The notes beneath the pieces were generated by a model, which was given only the letters and a program-made list of their open reading frames with translations, made no database searches and had not been told where the DNA came from. Shown one piece after another: positions 12,741 through 26,280 of a stretch of DNA of 64,000 nt. The stretch is taken from assembly GCF_009914755.1 (NCBI RefSeq), contig NC_060942.1; one strand, written 5' to 3'. Source of the stretch: the human T2T-CHM13v2.0 reference genome, Homo sapiens. Within the stretch, counting starts at the first letter, position 1, and each line of letters opens with the position of its first letter. The position numbers and the translations under genes are program-made.

Positions 12741-15651
12741 CTTCCACTCAGCACAGTATACCAATGCTGGGTTCTAGAAGGAAACCAGAATTGTAAAATC
12801 TGAGAACTTAGTACTTGGAATAAGTTTCTATTGGTAAAAGGGGGTAGGAAAAATGTGCTTACTTGAAGAGAAGAGTAAATTGGAAACTAAGCTCCTATTC
12901 TTCCATATTTTGCTTGCAAGTGTCATTTTGTATGTAAACACTATTTTTTTCAGTTCTAATACCTTTCATATTGTACATTTGGTATAAAGATAAAAGGATT
13001 CTTCCAAATCTCCATTTTCTCCAACAAAATTCCCTCATTGACTCCATTCTGTGATTTGCACCCAAAGGAAGAGCATAATGTCTTGTGTCACCTTCTCTAC
13101 TCCTGCTACCCACACAATCATCTAATTTTACCTTGAGTCATTTACATTATGTTCCTAATACTCTGATCTGCCACTTAGAGCAGAATAATTTTTCTAAGAG
13201 CCAGAAGTGGCCTTTTTCTAGAATTCCATTTCAGATACTAGCTCAAGACTGGAAACATAGTATCTAATAGATAAATATTCATAGATGGATTGTATAAAAG
13301 GAATTGGGACTGAGAGCATAAATCTCACTTTCTTTTTACCAAATATTTGATTCAATTTAGCCCATTGGCTGAACTCTTTTCAGTCATTCAGTCTTAGGAT
13401 TTTATCCATTATTGAGGAGAAAGATATGAATACAGAGTTTTTCTGATACCCAAGATATGGATAGTCTTTGGACATCCTGAGTGATGTATCTCTGCTTGGG
13501 TGACTGATTGGAGACTACGTTCAATTAAAAAGCCCTAAATAGACACCCTCTTATTAGTAGCTCCTTCTTCACTTTAAGCATTTATCTCTCTCTTAGAAAT
13601 CCCTCTTCTATACCTTTAGCTGAGACAAGTTTTCATTAAGCAAAATTCACTTTACTTTGGAAAGTATCTCTTTACTTTGAAATTCTAAAGAATGTCATAT
13701 CTTTACCACTAATTATAATATCTGCCTGTGGAACCCCCTTCTTCTTTAAATACAAGAAACCTATTATATCAACTATTTAGACTGAAAATTCTTGGGGGAC
13801 AGATATCATGTCTTCGTGAGGTCACAACTTCAAAAAGTTTTCACATTCTACATTCTACAGTTTTCATCCTGTAGAATCCAACTCAAACCCAATTTTCTTT
13901 AGGAAACCTGTTCTGAATACTCCTGCCCAAATATCTTCCTTCTCTAGATCTCTCCTGGATTTTAATCAGTACTATTTGCTTTGTGGCCATAATTATTTAA
14001 TGTATTTTATTTTCCAAATAATAATTTCAAAGACTTTAAGATAAAGGCCATGAATCGACTTTTCCACGCATTGCTTGCAGTGCCTAGCCAAAGTTTGGGG
14101 GGTGGGAGGAAGTGTTCATTTTCCAGTAAATTATGATGGATGAATTGCATGCATACATGCATGAATGAATGAATTTCTCTCCTTGTGACTGCCTAGCAGC
14201 ATGGCATTTGTAATTTTTCTCCTGGCATTTCAGTCGGCTTAGTGGCTTTTTATTGGATAATTACTGCACAAATGATTTCTGTATCCTCAACCACCATTTA
14301 AAAAGTCAAATTTAGAGAGCAGAATGACTGTCTGTTTACAGAAACATCTTGCCTTTTCTTAAGAAAACTCAGCCTCTTAGCTTCTTCCACCTGTGCCTGA
14401 GAATCTGCCCTCTCTCACTAATAAAAATGATTGAAAAGCACCTTGAAAATACAAAGTGCCATATAAATGCTAACTGAGGCAATAATAAAACAGTAATAAT
14501 AACTGTTTGCTGATAAACGTCACTTTCAAGCCCAGGGGAGACATTTTGCAGGGGGAAAGCAGAATGGGTTCTGTGCTTGTCCCTGGGCCATGGCTCACTC
14601 TGAATCACACTGTTCTTCCTCCATTTGGACACCATCATTTGCAATGGTCATGAAATAGTACTGGTACGTAAAATTATTGTCATCATCCACATTGTAAAAA
14701 GCAATGTGTTGCCAAGTAATCCATTCCCTGACAATTGCCAGGGTTACCTCACTCAAGCTGATCATTTAGAAAATAAATGGACTTCGAAGGGAGTGCACTA
14801 GGACTGTTCTGCTCCTGTGGCCACAGCTCAGCCCATGATGTAACTGCATGTGGCATACCTCCAGTTTTGATTAGTCCTGGGCCAAGTTCCATCAAGGAAC
14901 AGATTCAGTGTGGACCCAGAGGAGTTAGCTGCTAACATGGTGGGAGTTGGGAAGCTATAGGGGGGTCTCCTTGCCATGAAGCTACACTGTGTGCCTATAC
15001 CCCATTCTGATAAGAAAGATGGATGCAGGGACAGGGAGAATAAACTCAGGGCACAGTTTCATGAGAGACTGGGAGAAGAAAGAAATCAGGTGTAAAATGA
15101 AACATCAGAGTGCATAAGTCTAAGAGATGGAGAGGGTATTCTAGGGGAAGAAGTCAGCCTCCAGAATCCTGCAAGTTAGAGAGGAGATGAAGGACACTGG
15201 CACACTTATCTGTAGCAACTGAAGGAGAGGAAAGGTGTGTGTGAAAGAAAGGCCCAAGTATGACAAAGGCAGGGTTGTCCATACTGATTTTGTATGGATG
15301 TTGTCCCCTCCCAATGGGCATTTACAACCAGGCAAATCATTCTTATTCTTCTGTATGGGCCCATCTTCCTCTGCTCAGACCTTATGGTACTCTTTTTAGT
15401 CGTCTTCTCTTTTATCTACAGTCTTGATGAACCTGTCCATTTCTCTCTGTCTCCACTGCTACCACTACAGTGTGCCTGTAGTTCCACATGCAATTCCTCT
15501 ACTGACCCATACAACTAATTACCTTAAACTTCTCCATATTAGTTCCTTACCTTGACTTTCTATCTAAAATTTCCCTGTTGGTTTGTCAGAATCTAGTTGT
15601 CATTTGTAATCTCCACCTCTCATTCCCTGATTTCCACATCCAGTCAGTGAC

Positions 15652-16109
15652 TGTATTAGTCATATTAGTCAGGGTTCTCCAGAGAAACAGATCTAAGAGG
15701 GTATACATATACACATATGATTATAAGCAATTGGCTCATGCTATTATGGAGGTTGAGAATTCTCATGGTCTACAGTCTGTAAAGTGTAGATCCAGCAAAG
15801 CTGGTGGTGTAGTTCAAACTCCTGAGAACCAAGGGCACCAAGGGCAGAAGACAGATCTCCTAGCTCAACCAGACAGGTAGAGAGAAAATTCAATCTGCCT
15901 CTACTTTTTTGTTCTATTCTGGCCCTCAGCAGTTTGGATGATGCTCTCTCACATTGTGGAGGGTCATCTGCTCTACTCAGTCCGCCAGTTCAAATGCTAA
16001 TTTCTTCCAGAAACATCCTCAAAGACACACCCACGAATAATGTTTAACCAAATAGGTATCTGGGCATCCCATGGCCCAGTCAACTTGAAACATGAAAGCA
16101 ACCATCATA
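15652..16109 (-). mobile_element. ERVL solo LTR (MLT2B-like) inserted in an L2 remnant
   Basis: 'tgtattagtc..agggttctccagagaaacaga...cagtcaacttga..aaccatcata'; perfect TSD GTGAC 15647-15651 / 16110-16114. Confidence 0.93.
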
Positions 16110-16859
16110 GTGACCAAGACCTCTGATACGTCTTCTGTGTTTATCCCTCCTCTCCATTCTCAGTGTTATCCCGAAGATCAAGACTTAAAGGTAAAAAGAC
16201 ATGATATGTTCTGTGCTGAGTTTACCTTCAGGTCTACATGCTGGGGAGAGGGGCTGTTTTGAGTTTGAGGACTTGTTCCAGGTTAAAGTGAGGTCTCAGA
16301 GAGCAGCTGAGTTGAAGTGAAACCCCATTTAGGGAATGAAAGCAGAAAGTAGACTTTCATTTATTATTCTATATACCTTTCATGTCTGAGATTAAAGAAA
16401 TAAGGATTTTGTAACATATGATTATATTTGTGGCTTTCAGTGGTCTATCATTTTAGTATCCTGCATCTGTTTCCCTGAACTATTAGCAATACATTTCTCA
16501 TGAGGAAAAGGCCTAAGTGCTTGTTTTCAGTGTTAATAAGGAAGTGGGCTGCAGGAAGAGTGTGGAGGGTGCTTACGTTCTTGGAAGAAAAGTCCTAAGG
16601 GAAACAATGAGCTGTGGCGGCCACCAGGATTAGGGAAGAGCAGAAGCAGCCTGCGATCCTGCCTCCCTCACCTTCCTACCCCCAGCAAGAAACACATAGA
16701 GCAGGGGCAAGCCCCGTGGGATCTATAGGACAATGGTCACTATTTAATAAGTTGTCATTACACATAAGACAGTTCACATATGCTGCCTCTAGTGTGTGTT
16801 TTAACTCTTCACTTAGGCATGTTTATTCTCTTATTACAAATAAGATTACTTGAGGATTA

Positions 16860-17700
16860 GTGACATAGTGAACACCTGTCATTTTTCCATGGCCAGTGTC
16901 CCTGCACCCATGTCTATTCCAGCTAATATTTCTTCATCTGGTGAGGCTGTCAATCACCCAGCTCTCTTCTCCTGCCCCAAGTTTAGACCTGTGATTCAGG
17001 CTGGCCAATAAAAATACTACTGTCCTCTGGTGAGGCATTCAGAGGGATCTTGTTACCTCAATGACCAAAGTCCTTTCTCAGGGACTGATGGGGAGACTTT
17101 GAAAGAGAGTATGTCTCTCCTCTTAAGAGATGAGTAGACAGGGCCAGGCAGGCCCGGAGATTCAAGTGGCCATCTCTGATGTGGAATGATGCCTGATGCC
17201 ATGTGGAATGAATCTGCTGAAGACTAAAGCCAGAAGAAAACAGAACCGAGAGAGAAGCAGAGAGGGTAAAATCCATGACAGAGACAGAGGCAGTCACAGA
17301 GCTTCCTAAAGGCTTCGCACCCTGGCTTTTCTCAATCTCTACCCAAACATAGCATTCTCCAACCACTCAGTAAAAAGCAGCCATTCCTCTTCTGCCTGAT
17401 CATAATCTATTTTTCTCCATAGCATTTATCACCATCTGTCATACCATATATTTACAGATTTTTCTGTTTGGTTCACGGTTGTATCTTCAGCACCTAGAAC
17501 AGCTCCCAAACCCAAAGCAGGCCCTCAGCCAGTATTTGTGGAACCCATAAGAGAGTCACTTGATCAGCTGGTCCGGCTGTGACTAATGCAGTAACCCACC
17601 ACTTCGGTTTTCCAGTCACACAAGCCAAAGTGGTTCCTCTTCTACATACACAAGCTAGACTTGAATTTTTTTCACTTGGAAATAAGAGCTTCAGCTAATA
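16860..17700 (+). mobile_element. Old MaLR LTR (MLT1K/L-like) with nested L2a 3' end (~17380-17550)
   Basis: 'gtgattcaggctggccaat', 'tgaagactaaagcc..cagaaccgagaga', 'ccagtcacacaagccaa'; L2 tail 'catagcatttatcaccatctg..gtatcttcagcacctagaacag..gtatttgtggaa'. Confidence 0.65.
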
Positions 17701-17826
17701 TTAATAAAAAGGTGAAGTGTTCACAAAACGGTGAAGTGTATCCACAGTGGTACCTGGTAAAGCCAGGGGTGAACCCAGGTCTCACACATGCCAAACCATT
17801 GCTTTCCTGGATACCACCTCCCCTAG

Positions 17827-18218
<392 letters not shown>

Positions 18219-18769
18219 TGACACATTGGCATTTGGGCAGGGGAACATCTCAAAAAATGGAAATAGGAACCCAGACATACTAGTACTTTAGGAAGGGTCA
18301 GGGTATGATGTTTTCCTATGATTTACTTTTGTCCAAACTGGCTTCATTAATTTATTCTTTCACAGGACAAACTATTTTTATGGAGACATTTTATGATTTA
18401 TTTAGATTCCTCCAAGCTTTAGCTGAGGCTGTCTGAAAGATTAAAAAAAAAAAAAAGCTACAGATCCTCAGGGTAGGGAAGGTCTGTGATGACCATAAAA
18501 ACTTTATAATACCTCTCTGGAGGGAGGGAGGATGCAGGCATGGTCTACCCTTACCGAAGCTGGGGTTATGTGGCAACAGATAGATTAATCCATACACATT
18601 TGAAATAAAATATATGACTAAACTAAATTTTAGTTATGGATATTGATTTTATTGACTAAATCCTCCTCCCTACAAACTCCTTGGTTTGTCTAACAGAAAT
18701 GTTACCATTTGACCAGGGTAAACAGGAATGAGGCTAGAGGCCTATGCACTGAATGAATAAAGAAGGCTG

Positions 18770-19103
<334 letters not shown>

Positions 19104-19237
19104 TCAGCATAGTTTATCTTTTGTGTCCCCAGGATACTCCCCCACTTCAAGTTTCTCTTTTCTCTTAGAGTCCTCATTTCTCTCTCAGCACCTGCTCTTA
19201 GATCTCTCATTTATGCCAAGCTATAAGCAACAAAAAT

Positions 19238-19561
19238 CAGTGTAAACCACAGCTTTTACAGGAGAGATTTACACTTTGGTCACAAAGGAGAACTCCATTG
19301 AAGCTAAAACTATGCATTTCGACGGGAGAACAACAGGGACAGTGACCAACTGGGGAATACTGAGAGTCACCCGAGTGCTCATCTTGTCCTTGAAGACTTA
19401 TTATGCAGGCACGTTTCAATCAATTCATTCCACTGGACATGGAAGTTGGATATTTTTCAGTTCAAATGGGACTAGAGATAGTACTCTAGCCATTTTGATA
19501 TACATTAGCATTTAGGTTTCAAGGTGCTTTCACTGCAACTAGAAGCTGTAGGAGTACACTG
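19238..19561. mobile_element. Unassigned 324-bp segment bounded by imperfect inverted repeats (candidate MITE)
   Basis: Left CAGTGTAAACC-ACAGCTTTTA vs reverse complement of right end CAGTGTACTCCTACAGCTTCTA (18/22); no clear TSD. Confidence 0.35.
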
Positions 19562-19984
19562 TTAACATATGAGCTTTGAGTGGGGCAGGTGAGGTCTGAG
19601 TGGGGCTGAGAAGATGGCCTCCCTTCAGACAAGGCACAGTGTGCAGTTAAGAACGGCAGATCCTGACCTGACTCACCACTGAGGGAAGCAGCTTGCCTTC
19701 ATGCTGGAGGTTTCCCCAGGCATGTGGAAGACACAGAACACAGCCAAGTATTCTGCTTTTTAAGTTCCCCATCTTCAGTGACTTTCTTTTCTATTTGCCT
19801 CAACAGAGTCACTCCAGAACAACAGCCTGGATTATGTCACATGCCAGACACACACTCTCTGGCCATAGTGTCCACCATTGCTGGTCTCTTAGGCCCCTTT
19901 CCACTGCTCCTCCTGCCTTGATTGACCACGTCATTTTCTCCTGCAGTATAAAACACTTTAAAACTTCACATCTGTCTATATTCA

Positions 19985-20105
19985 GCCTTGCCAGTGATTT
20001 AACTTTTTTAATCTTTAATCTTTTCATTGGAAAAATGGAAGTATAATAGGTAGAGCCCACTATGCAGAATTTTTGTAAGAATTGAGTTACTTAATACAAG
20101 CAGGT
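19985..20105 (+). mobile_element. MIR fragment
   Basis: 'cagtgatttaact...ttcattggaaaaatggaagtataata...tttttgtaagaattgagt'. Confidence 0.6.
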
Positions 20106-20308
20106 GAGGATGGACTTCTTGCAGTGCCTTAGCTTCATTGGATCGAGCACTCAGAGAGTGGTGGCTCCTGGAGGGCAGGGTGGAGGGTGTGGTAGCCATA
20201 GTACTAGAGACCCAGGGGGAAATTCTGTTGTGCTGTCTTGCAGGCATTACTGTTTGTGCTAAGTTGAGAAGCAAATCTGTTTTCCTCCTTTTTCTGTTTC
20301 TTCTTTTC

Positions 20309-20364
20309 TTCCTTCCTTCCTTCCTTCCTTCCTTCCTTCCTTCCTTCCTTCCTTCCTTCCTTCC
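20309..20364. repeat. (TTCC)14 microsatellite
   Basis: Direct reading of the sequence. Confidence 0.98.
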
Positions 20365-22720
20365 TTTCTGATTGGTTCTGAAGAATGGCCACACTAATAA
20401 CATACTTCTAATTAAATATTCAGTGTTCTTTATACTTTTTTGGCAAATATTATACTTTGTAAGTAATTTTTATGTTATATATAATCTGATTAAGTCCAAT
20501 ATATTTTTATTTTTCTTTAATTTATTAAGCAGCTATTAATTTTTTGGTTGATCAATATCAGCATTTATTAAGTTGAAGTTATTGTTCATCAGTCAACTAT
20601 GACCTTACAAATTAAGTTTTTAAAAACCATTAGCTATAGATGTGTCCACATATACATACTTGAGCTTCATTTGATTAGCCACATGTTGAAGCAGAATTCA
20701 TGCATAGTCTCAAGAACCAGAAACATTTATTCAACATGTCCTCTAGCCTCATAGATTACCTTACTCAATATTAACAATTTGTGCTTAAAAAGAATGTTTC
20801 ATGGTAGGGCCCTGGCACATTTCACTAAGTTGTATGTTGGAGATTTGTGTCTGATTCAAGATTCCTGTGCATGTGTTACAGAACCCTCCTATTTTCTATT
20901 GTTTGACAAATTTGCACAGGCTTCTCCAGTCAAAAACATCTTTGCCCTGACTGATGGTCGCCTTAAATTGCCAGAGATTCATAGATGTGCAGATCTCCTT
21001 GAGATAATGTTTTTGAAATTTCCACCCTGTACTGGTTTCTTCCTGGAACATTCCTCCCACAGATCTCATTATAAAAAAGTTCTTATGTATACAGAGACCT
21101 GAATATATTCCCTATAATTTCTATGCAGTGGTGGTGCTTGTACCTTCCAGAACATCCTGTTTTCTGTTATTTAAATGATTGTCTTGTTGCCATATAATTC
21201 CACAACTGGAGTTCCATTTCTTGGAATTTCTTTTCCTTGATTGCTCTTTCGAAAAGCAAACAGACGTGTGAGACTCACTGGATTATCTTTCCATAAAACA
21301 TAATGCCACAAGAAATTAAGAGTGGTTTTTGGCAAAGAGATGTCTTCTTTATCTCTGTAAAACTGTAGTATAGAAGGAAGGGTAGTAGGGGGGTACAACA
21401 ACACTCTTCCAATCAAGTTATAAGAATTTACTAGCCACTGCTGTTCCCATATCCTGATAACACAATGGCAACGTTTGGAGGGTAGGAGAATTATGAAAAA
21501 ATGCTACAGAACATGGAATCTTTGGGTCCAGGAAGCTAGCTTTGCAAATGATGAGACAAGTCATGGTTTATTTTATGAGCCAAATATTATGTTTCATTAA
21601 TATGAAAACAAAGAAGATATGTGTTTCCTTATGAAGGGACATACCAGCTCTACCTCAAACTATGCCTCTCTCATTAATTTCTCTGCTTATTTTGATAAGA
21701 GTGGGTTGTAATACACATTGTAACATTGTGATGAAACCTCTCTCTACTCCCACTTTACAACTACTACATTGCTATGCAGTATACACGGTATATGAGTAAT
21801 AAAGGGAACAACAAAGGAAGTATGGACAGTTCAGGGTAGAACACATTTCATGTTGGAAACTCATGTCTTACTGATGGTAGATGAGAAGAATGCAGTATTT
21901 CAACATCACCACAACCACCTTAGTGTTGTTTCCCTTCCTCATCTCTGTCCAGCCCTTCTTTGCAATGTCCCTTGACACTTGCCTTCTGCTCTAGAAAACC
22001 CTCCACCAATCTCCAATGCCTTCAGGTTTTATCCTACCCAGTTTTCTGCTAAAATTCTGCCTTATCTTTTAGATCCATTTAAAAATCAATACCTTCCTTG
22101 AACTTCTTCCTCATGGTATCAATACTTAGGGCTCTCTCTCTCTCATGAATTTTGCCTATAGAATTTTTATTCCCTGGGTAGTATACTTTCAGAAACTGTT
22201 GCTGTTTGTCTAAATGACATTTCCTTCACTGAAGGTAAGTGCCTCTGTTTCTGGGAACATTGCTTCTCGACAAAGCTGTAGCTCAACAGAAAGCTCAGCT
22301 TCTCCTGTGGGGTGTCCCAGTTAGAATCTAAGTAGATTGAGAGGGGTCTGCGTGTGTCTTCCCACATCTGGGAAATCTCTAGGGAGAAAAATGACCATTA
22401 CTGTGGGATGAAAAGGAGTCAGACAAACTCTGTGAAAAAATGGTTTTTGTTTGTGGATGTTGGTGGACAAGGGCAGGAGTCGGGATGGCAGATACGGGAT
22501 TGATTTCAGCATGGTGTCTATGCATGCTTAACAATTAGCACATTGGAGATGCCAGAGAGGGCTCTGTTGGGGGGTCAGAGGTTCTCCTTCAGCAGGTGGT
22601 AAACAGAGCTCATGGAATCTAAATTATTTTACAGTGACCAATTTGTACCCTTAGATTGGTGTGGTCTGTGAACTCTGTTATACAACAATTTATTTACATG
22701 TATTATGGGCTAGAAACTTT

Positions 22721-23183
22721 GTTTTTAAACCACTTTATTGGGGTATGATCCATACAGAAAAAGCTATATATACTTAATATATACAACCTGATGAGATTGG
22801 AGATAAGTATGTACTCATGAAACCATCACTGCAATGTATGTCATAAAGTTATCTATCACTTCCAAAAGTTTCCTACTACCTTCTCTATTATTATATTGTA
22901 GTAAAAAAAACTTAACACAGTGAGGTCAGGAGATTGAGACCATCCTGGCTATGGTGAAACCCCATCTCTACTAAAAATACAAAAAATTAGCCGGGTATGG
23001 TGGTGGGCACCTGTAGTCCCAGCTACTCAGTAGGGTGAGGCAGGAGAATGGCATGAACCCAGGAGGTGGAGCTTGCAGTGAGCCGAAATTGCACCACTGC
23101 ACTCCTGCCTGGGCAGCAGAGCGAGACTCCATCTCAAAAAAAAAAAAAAGGAAAGAAAGAAAACTTAACACAGGCTCTATCCT
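22721..23183 (-). mobile_element. L1MA9/L1MB-like 3' end fragment, split by an Alu and inserted in a MIR
   Basis: 'ctttattggggtatgat..tatacaacctgatgag..atgaaaccatcact..tcacttccaaaagtttcct'; TSD GG(G/A)CTAGAAACTTT 22707-22720 / 23184-23197. Confidence 0.85.
22921..23159 (+). mobile_element. 5'-truncated AluY
   Basis: Starts at 'tgaggtcaggagattgagaccatcctggcta'; TSD AAAACTTAACACAG 22907-22920 / 23160-23173. Confidence 0.96.
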
Positions 23184-23197
23184 GGACTAGAAACTTT

Positions 23198-23385
23198 ACA
23201 GCATTTTTTTACTGATATTATAAAATCCTCTGTGGTAGGGATTATTATTTCCCTTCAAAAGCCCAAGAAACCACCAAGGTTCAGAGAAGCTGAGCAATGT
23301 GATCAAGGTCGCACAGCTCATACAGATACGTGGTTATATCTTGATTCCGGACCTAAGCCTCCTTCCAAACTTACCACTTTGCTAT
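23198..23385 (-). mobile_element. MIR (host of the L1/Alu nest; left piece ~22685-22720)
   Basis: 'aatcctctgtggtagggattattatttccc..aggttcagagaagctgagcaatgtgatcaaggtcgcacagct'. Confidence 0.75.
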
Positions 23386-24670
23386 GCTTTGGAAGCATTC
23401 AATTACAGTTTATTGAAAAATCCAACAAATGAAGATCATGCTAAGGGTTTGAGATAGGGCACTAACTATGGTTTATATGCATCCCTTTAGGATAGAACCC
23501 AACTTTATAGTAATAAGATTTATTTCATTTCATGGGATTCTGGTTTTATAAAGCCTATAGCCCCATTAATGATATTAGATTTCATGAAGAAAAGAGCTTT
23601 TTAAATGCAGATTTGATATTTTAAAAGGGGAGTATGATCACCCATATTTATACCAAGTTTAGACTAAGCTCTCTGCTACCTCTACCACCCCACCCCCTTG
23701 CAGTGGGGAGAAAGCTTATTCAAGGCCAGATGATATAGGGTGCATCATGGGGACAATATTCTTATTGCTCAATATTTAAAAGCAATAATTTCAGGATACT
23801 TAACCTCATAGATTTTCTAATACAGTAAAATTAAATAAAAAACACCCTAAATGCAGCTGATATAACCCCTTCATGTGCAATTAGCAGATATTAAATAGAA
23901 ACTTTAATATTAGCATTATTCTTTATGCCCCAGTGAGTGGGATATTATTTAAATTGATATGACATATGAGGATATAAATAATTCCTAAGTGTAAATTTAA
24001 ACTGGAATTTTAGAGTTTGAAATCAGTATTATCAATTCCCTATTTCCCAGTGTATCATTTATTACCAGCCTGAAGATTTTTTTTTCAAAGAGATTAAATT
24101 AACATTAAGGCGATGATAAACATTATAAATAAATACAAAAATTGCTATTCCAGAAATCCAGTTGAAAAGAAAGTAAATGAATTGGTGTGGTATCAAATTC
24201 CATCTTCCCTAGAAGAGCTCAGACATAGTTCCAAGCATAAATAATCCTCTATAACTTCTTTTGCAATCAAAAATGAAATATATTAAAGCCTGAAAGTATA
24301 ATTTCATTATCTACTATTCTAGATACGCAAACTAAGATTCAGAAATAGCTGTGGCATGAGGGGAATTCTGATTAGTTTCACACCACTAGTTGGTCAGGGC
24401 AGGGGAAAAGCTAGCACTACTGAAATATTAGAGATGTTTTCTGGGTCTGAACACCTCCCTAGGCTTGTCCATGGGGGAAAACTTGAAGGTGACAATGGTG
24501 AACCTCTCTTTTTCCAGATGACCCTCTTTCTGGGTGTGTATGAACTTCTCAGTGTAAAGCTTAGGTTGTGTAATCAAATTTGGCTTGTTCTAGTCTATGT
24601 TTGTCCTGTAATGGTTTCAGGAAAGCCACACAGCTGATACATTTCCATATCCTTTTCACTTTGAAGATAT

Positions 24671-24821
24671 GTTGCAGAATAATGACAAGGTGAGGTTCCA
24701 CTGAGTCACATACATGTGGAAAATCAATACTTTTTCTTGTGCTGTGTTGGGGGCCGTGTTTGTTTCATGCCTAGGCATCATAGAGATCCACCCATTGACA
24801 TCATCCGAGAGCTTCCTAGAA
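24671..24821. promoter_or_regulatory. Candidate enhancer (motif cluster in non-repeat DNA)
   Basis: C/EBP-like GTTGCAGAAT 24671, AP-1 TGAGTCA 24702, TGGAAA 24717, ONECUT-like AAATCAATA 24721, TGTTTGT 24757, CRE-like TGACATCA 24796, GAS TTCCTAGAA 24813. Confidence 0.3.
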
Positions 24822-25905
24822 TCAACCCTAATCTAAAATAGCTGTGAGGTGCCACAATGTCCAGAATGTCCACTACTAACACATCATTTCATTTTTTTTT
24901 TTACATTATGCATTCGAGGCTCCTCTCTTTGAAAGCAAATAACATGGAGGAAGTTGACATATTTTAAAAAATACCATAGATATTCTTTTAAACATGGTGA
25001 ATTGACCACAACCACAGAAGGAGGAGAGCAAGGTGGAAGGCCTCAGTAAATTACTGGACTGTGGAAATAAGATGATGAAGTGGTAACTGTCTTGGCAGAG
25101 GAGAGAGAAAAATAATCCATGTACCTCCTAAGAGGTATTGACAAATTAGTGGGAACATTTGTTCTCTGAAACCCCCAAAAGGCTCAGAGATAGGAGACAC
25201 TAACAGTATCTGGGTCACAGAAACTGAAAAGAATTTTATATGGTACAAATGATACCTGAAGGCACCTTTCTTACTCACAGAGACCACCTATTTCCTCTTC
25301 ATTATCACTCCCTTTCTGCCTAAATTGCAGAGGAACTGAATTTTAACATCCGAAAAAATTAAACCACATAGGCCTATCAAAACAATTATGGAATATTTTC
25401 CATCAAATATAGTGGAGCACAAAGGCTGAAACACAGTGATTCAATAATTATAGGAGTCTTGCATGTTGGACGGTGAAATTCCTTTCCCTATTTGGCCCTG
25501 TTTCCATAACATGATCAGATGAGCATATAACTCCAAGCAGGAGGACACAGTAGATTTCTTGGAAGAAATATAATGACCCTGGTATGGCAAGAAGTCCTAC
25601 AAATCTCGATGTTTGATGTTCCCACTGGGAAGCCCAGTCCACAGCCCTCTCAGCCTAGTAAGTTGGCAAGCTCCACCCAAGCCTTCAGCTTTCCATTAGC
25701 TCTCAAGTTCTTTTTAACATATGGATGCAGTCAAGAATGGCCTGACTTTTGAATAAAGACATCAAAGACTAAGAAGAAACAACAACCACAAACATAAAAA
25801 AATACAAATTGAAACAAACAGAGAAGGCAAAGAGCAGAACGCTAATACATGTGTTACATGAGATTCAATTTTGTGGCACAACTGTATTGGAAAGAGATGG
25901 TAGGA

Positions 25906-25909
<4 letters not shown>

Positions 25910-25949
<40 letters not shown>
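25910..25949. repeat. (GA)20 microsatellite
   Basis: Direct reading of the sequence. Confidence 0.98.
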
Positions 25950-25951
<2 letters not shown>

Positions 25952-26039
25952 CCTGGGGAAGAAGAGGGGTTAGGGAACTCAAAACATCCTTTATGAAAGG
26001 ATATCCACAAGTAATGCCAGGTATCATAAACAAAGACAT

Positions 26040-26280
26040 ATAAGAATATTTTTTAGAAGTTGGAGAAAAATATTAACATATAATAGGAAGGATATAAAGC
26101 TATTTAAACATATACAGTATAAAAGATACATTGTAAGAATTTCATTGTACTTGCCTCTAGAAGGCAGGACAAAGGGAAGAAATTAGGACTGCTGTTTTTC
26201 TCTATAGGGTGTAACTATTTGCATTTTTAAACCACAGACATGCATTTCTTTGACAAAATTAACAAAATATTTTTTAAAAA
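26040..26280 (+). mobile_element. HAL1/L1ME-type 3' end remnant
   Basis: 'ggactgctgtttttc..taactatttgcatttttaaacc..catgcatttctttgacaaaatt'. Confidence 0.55.

Noticed and set aside
14146-14175. Clustered TGCATG (RBFOX) motifs
   Set aside because: Part of a decayed (TGAA)n L2-type tail with no nearby supported exon.
17566-17600. GCTGGTCCG resembling a Y RNA 5' end
   Set aside because: Similarity ends after ~9 nt; no Y RNA body or 3' stem; lies in an MLT1 relic.
20008-20403. 131-aa ORF with RKEG repeats and its antisense LPSF ORF
   Set aside because: Produced by the (TTCC)n microsatellite; the same applies to the ER/SL ORFs over (GA)n at 25.9 kb.
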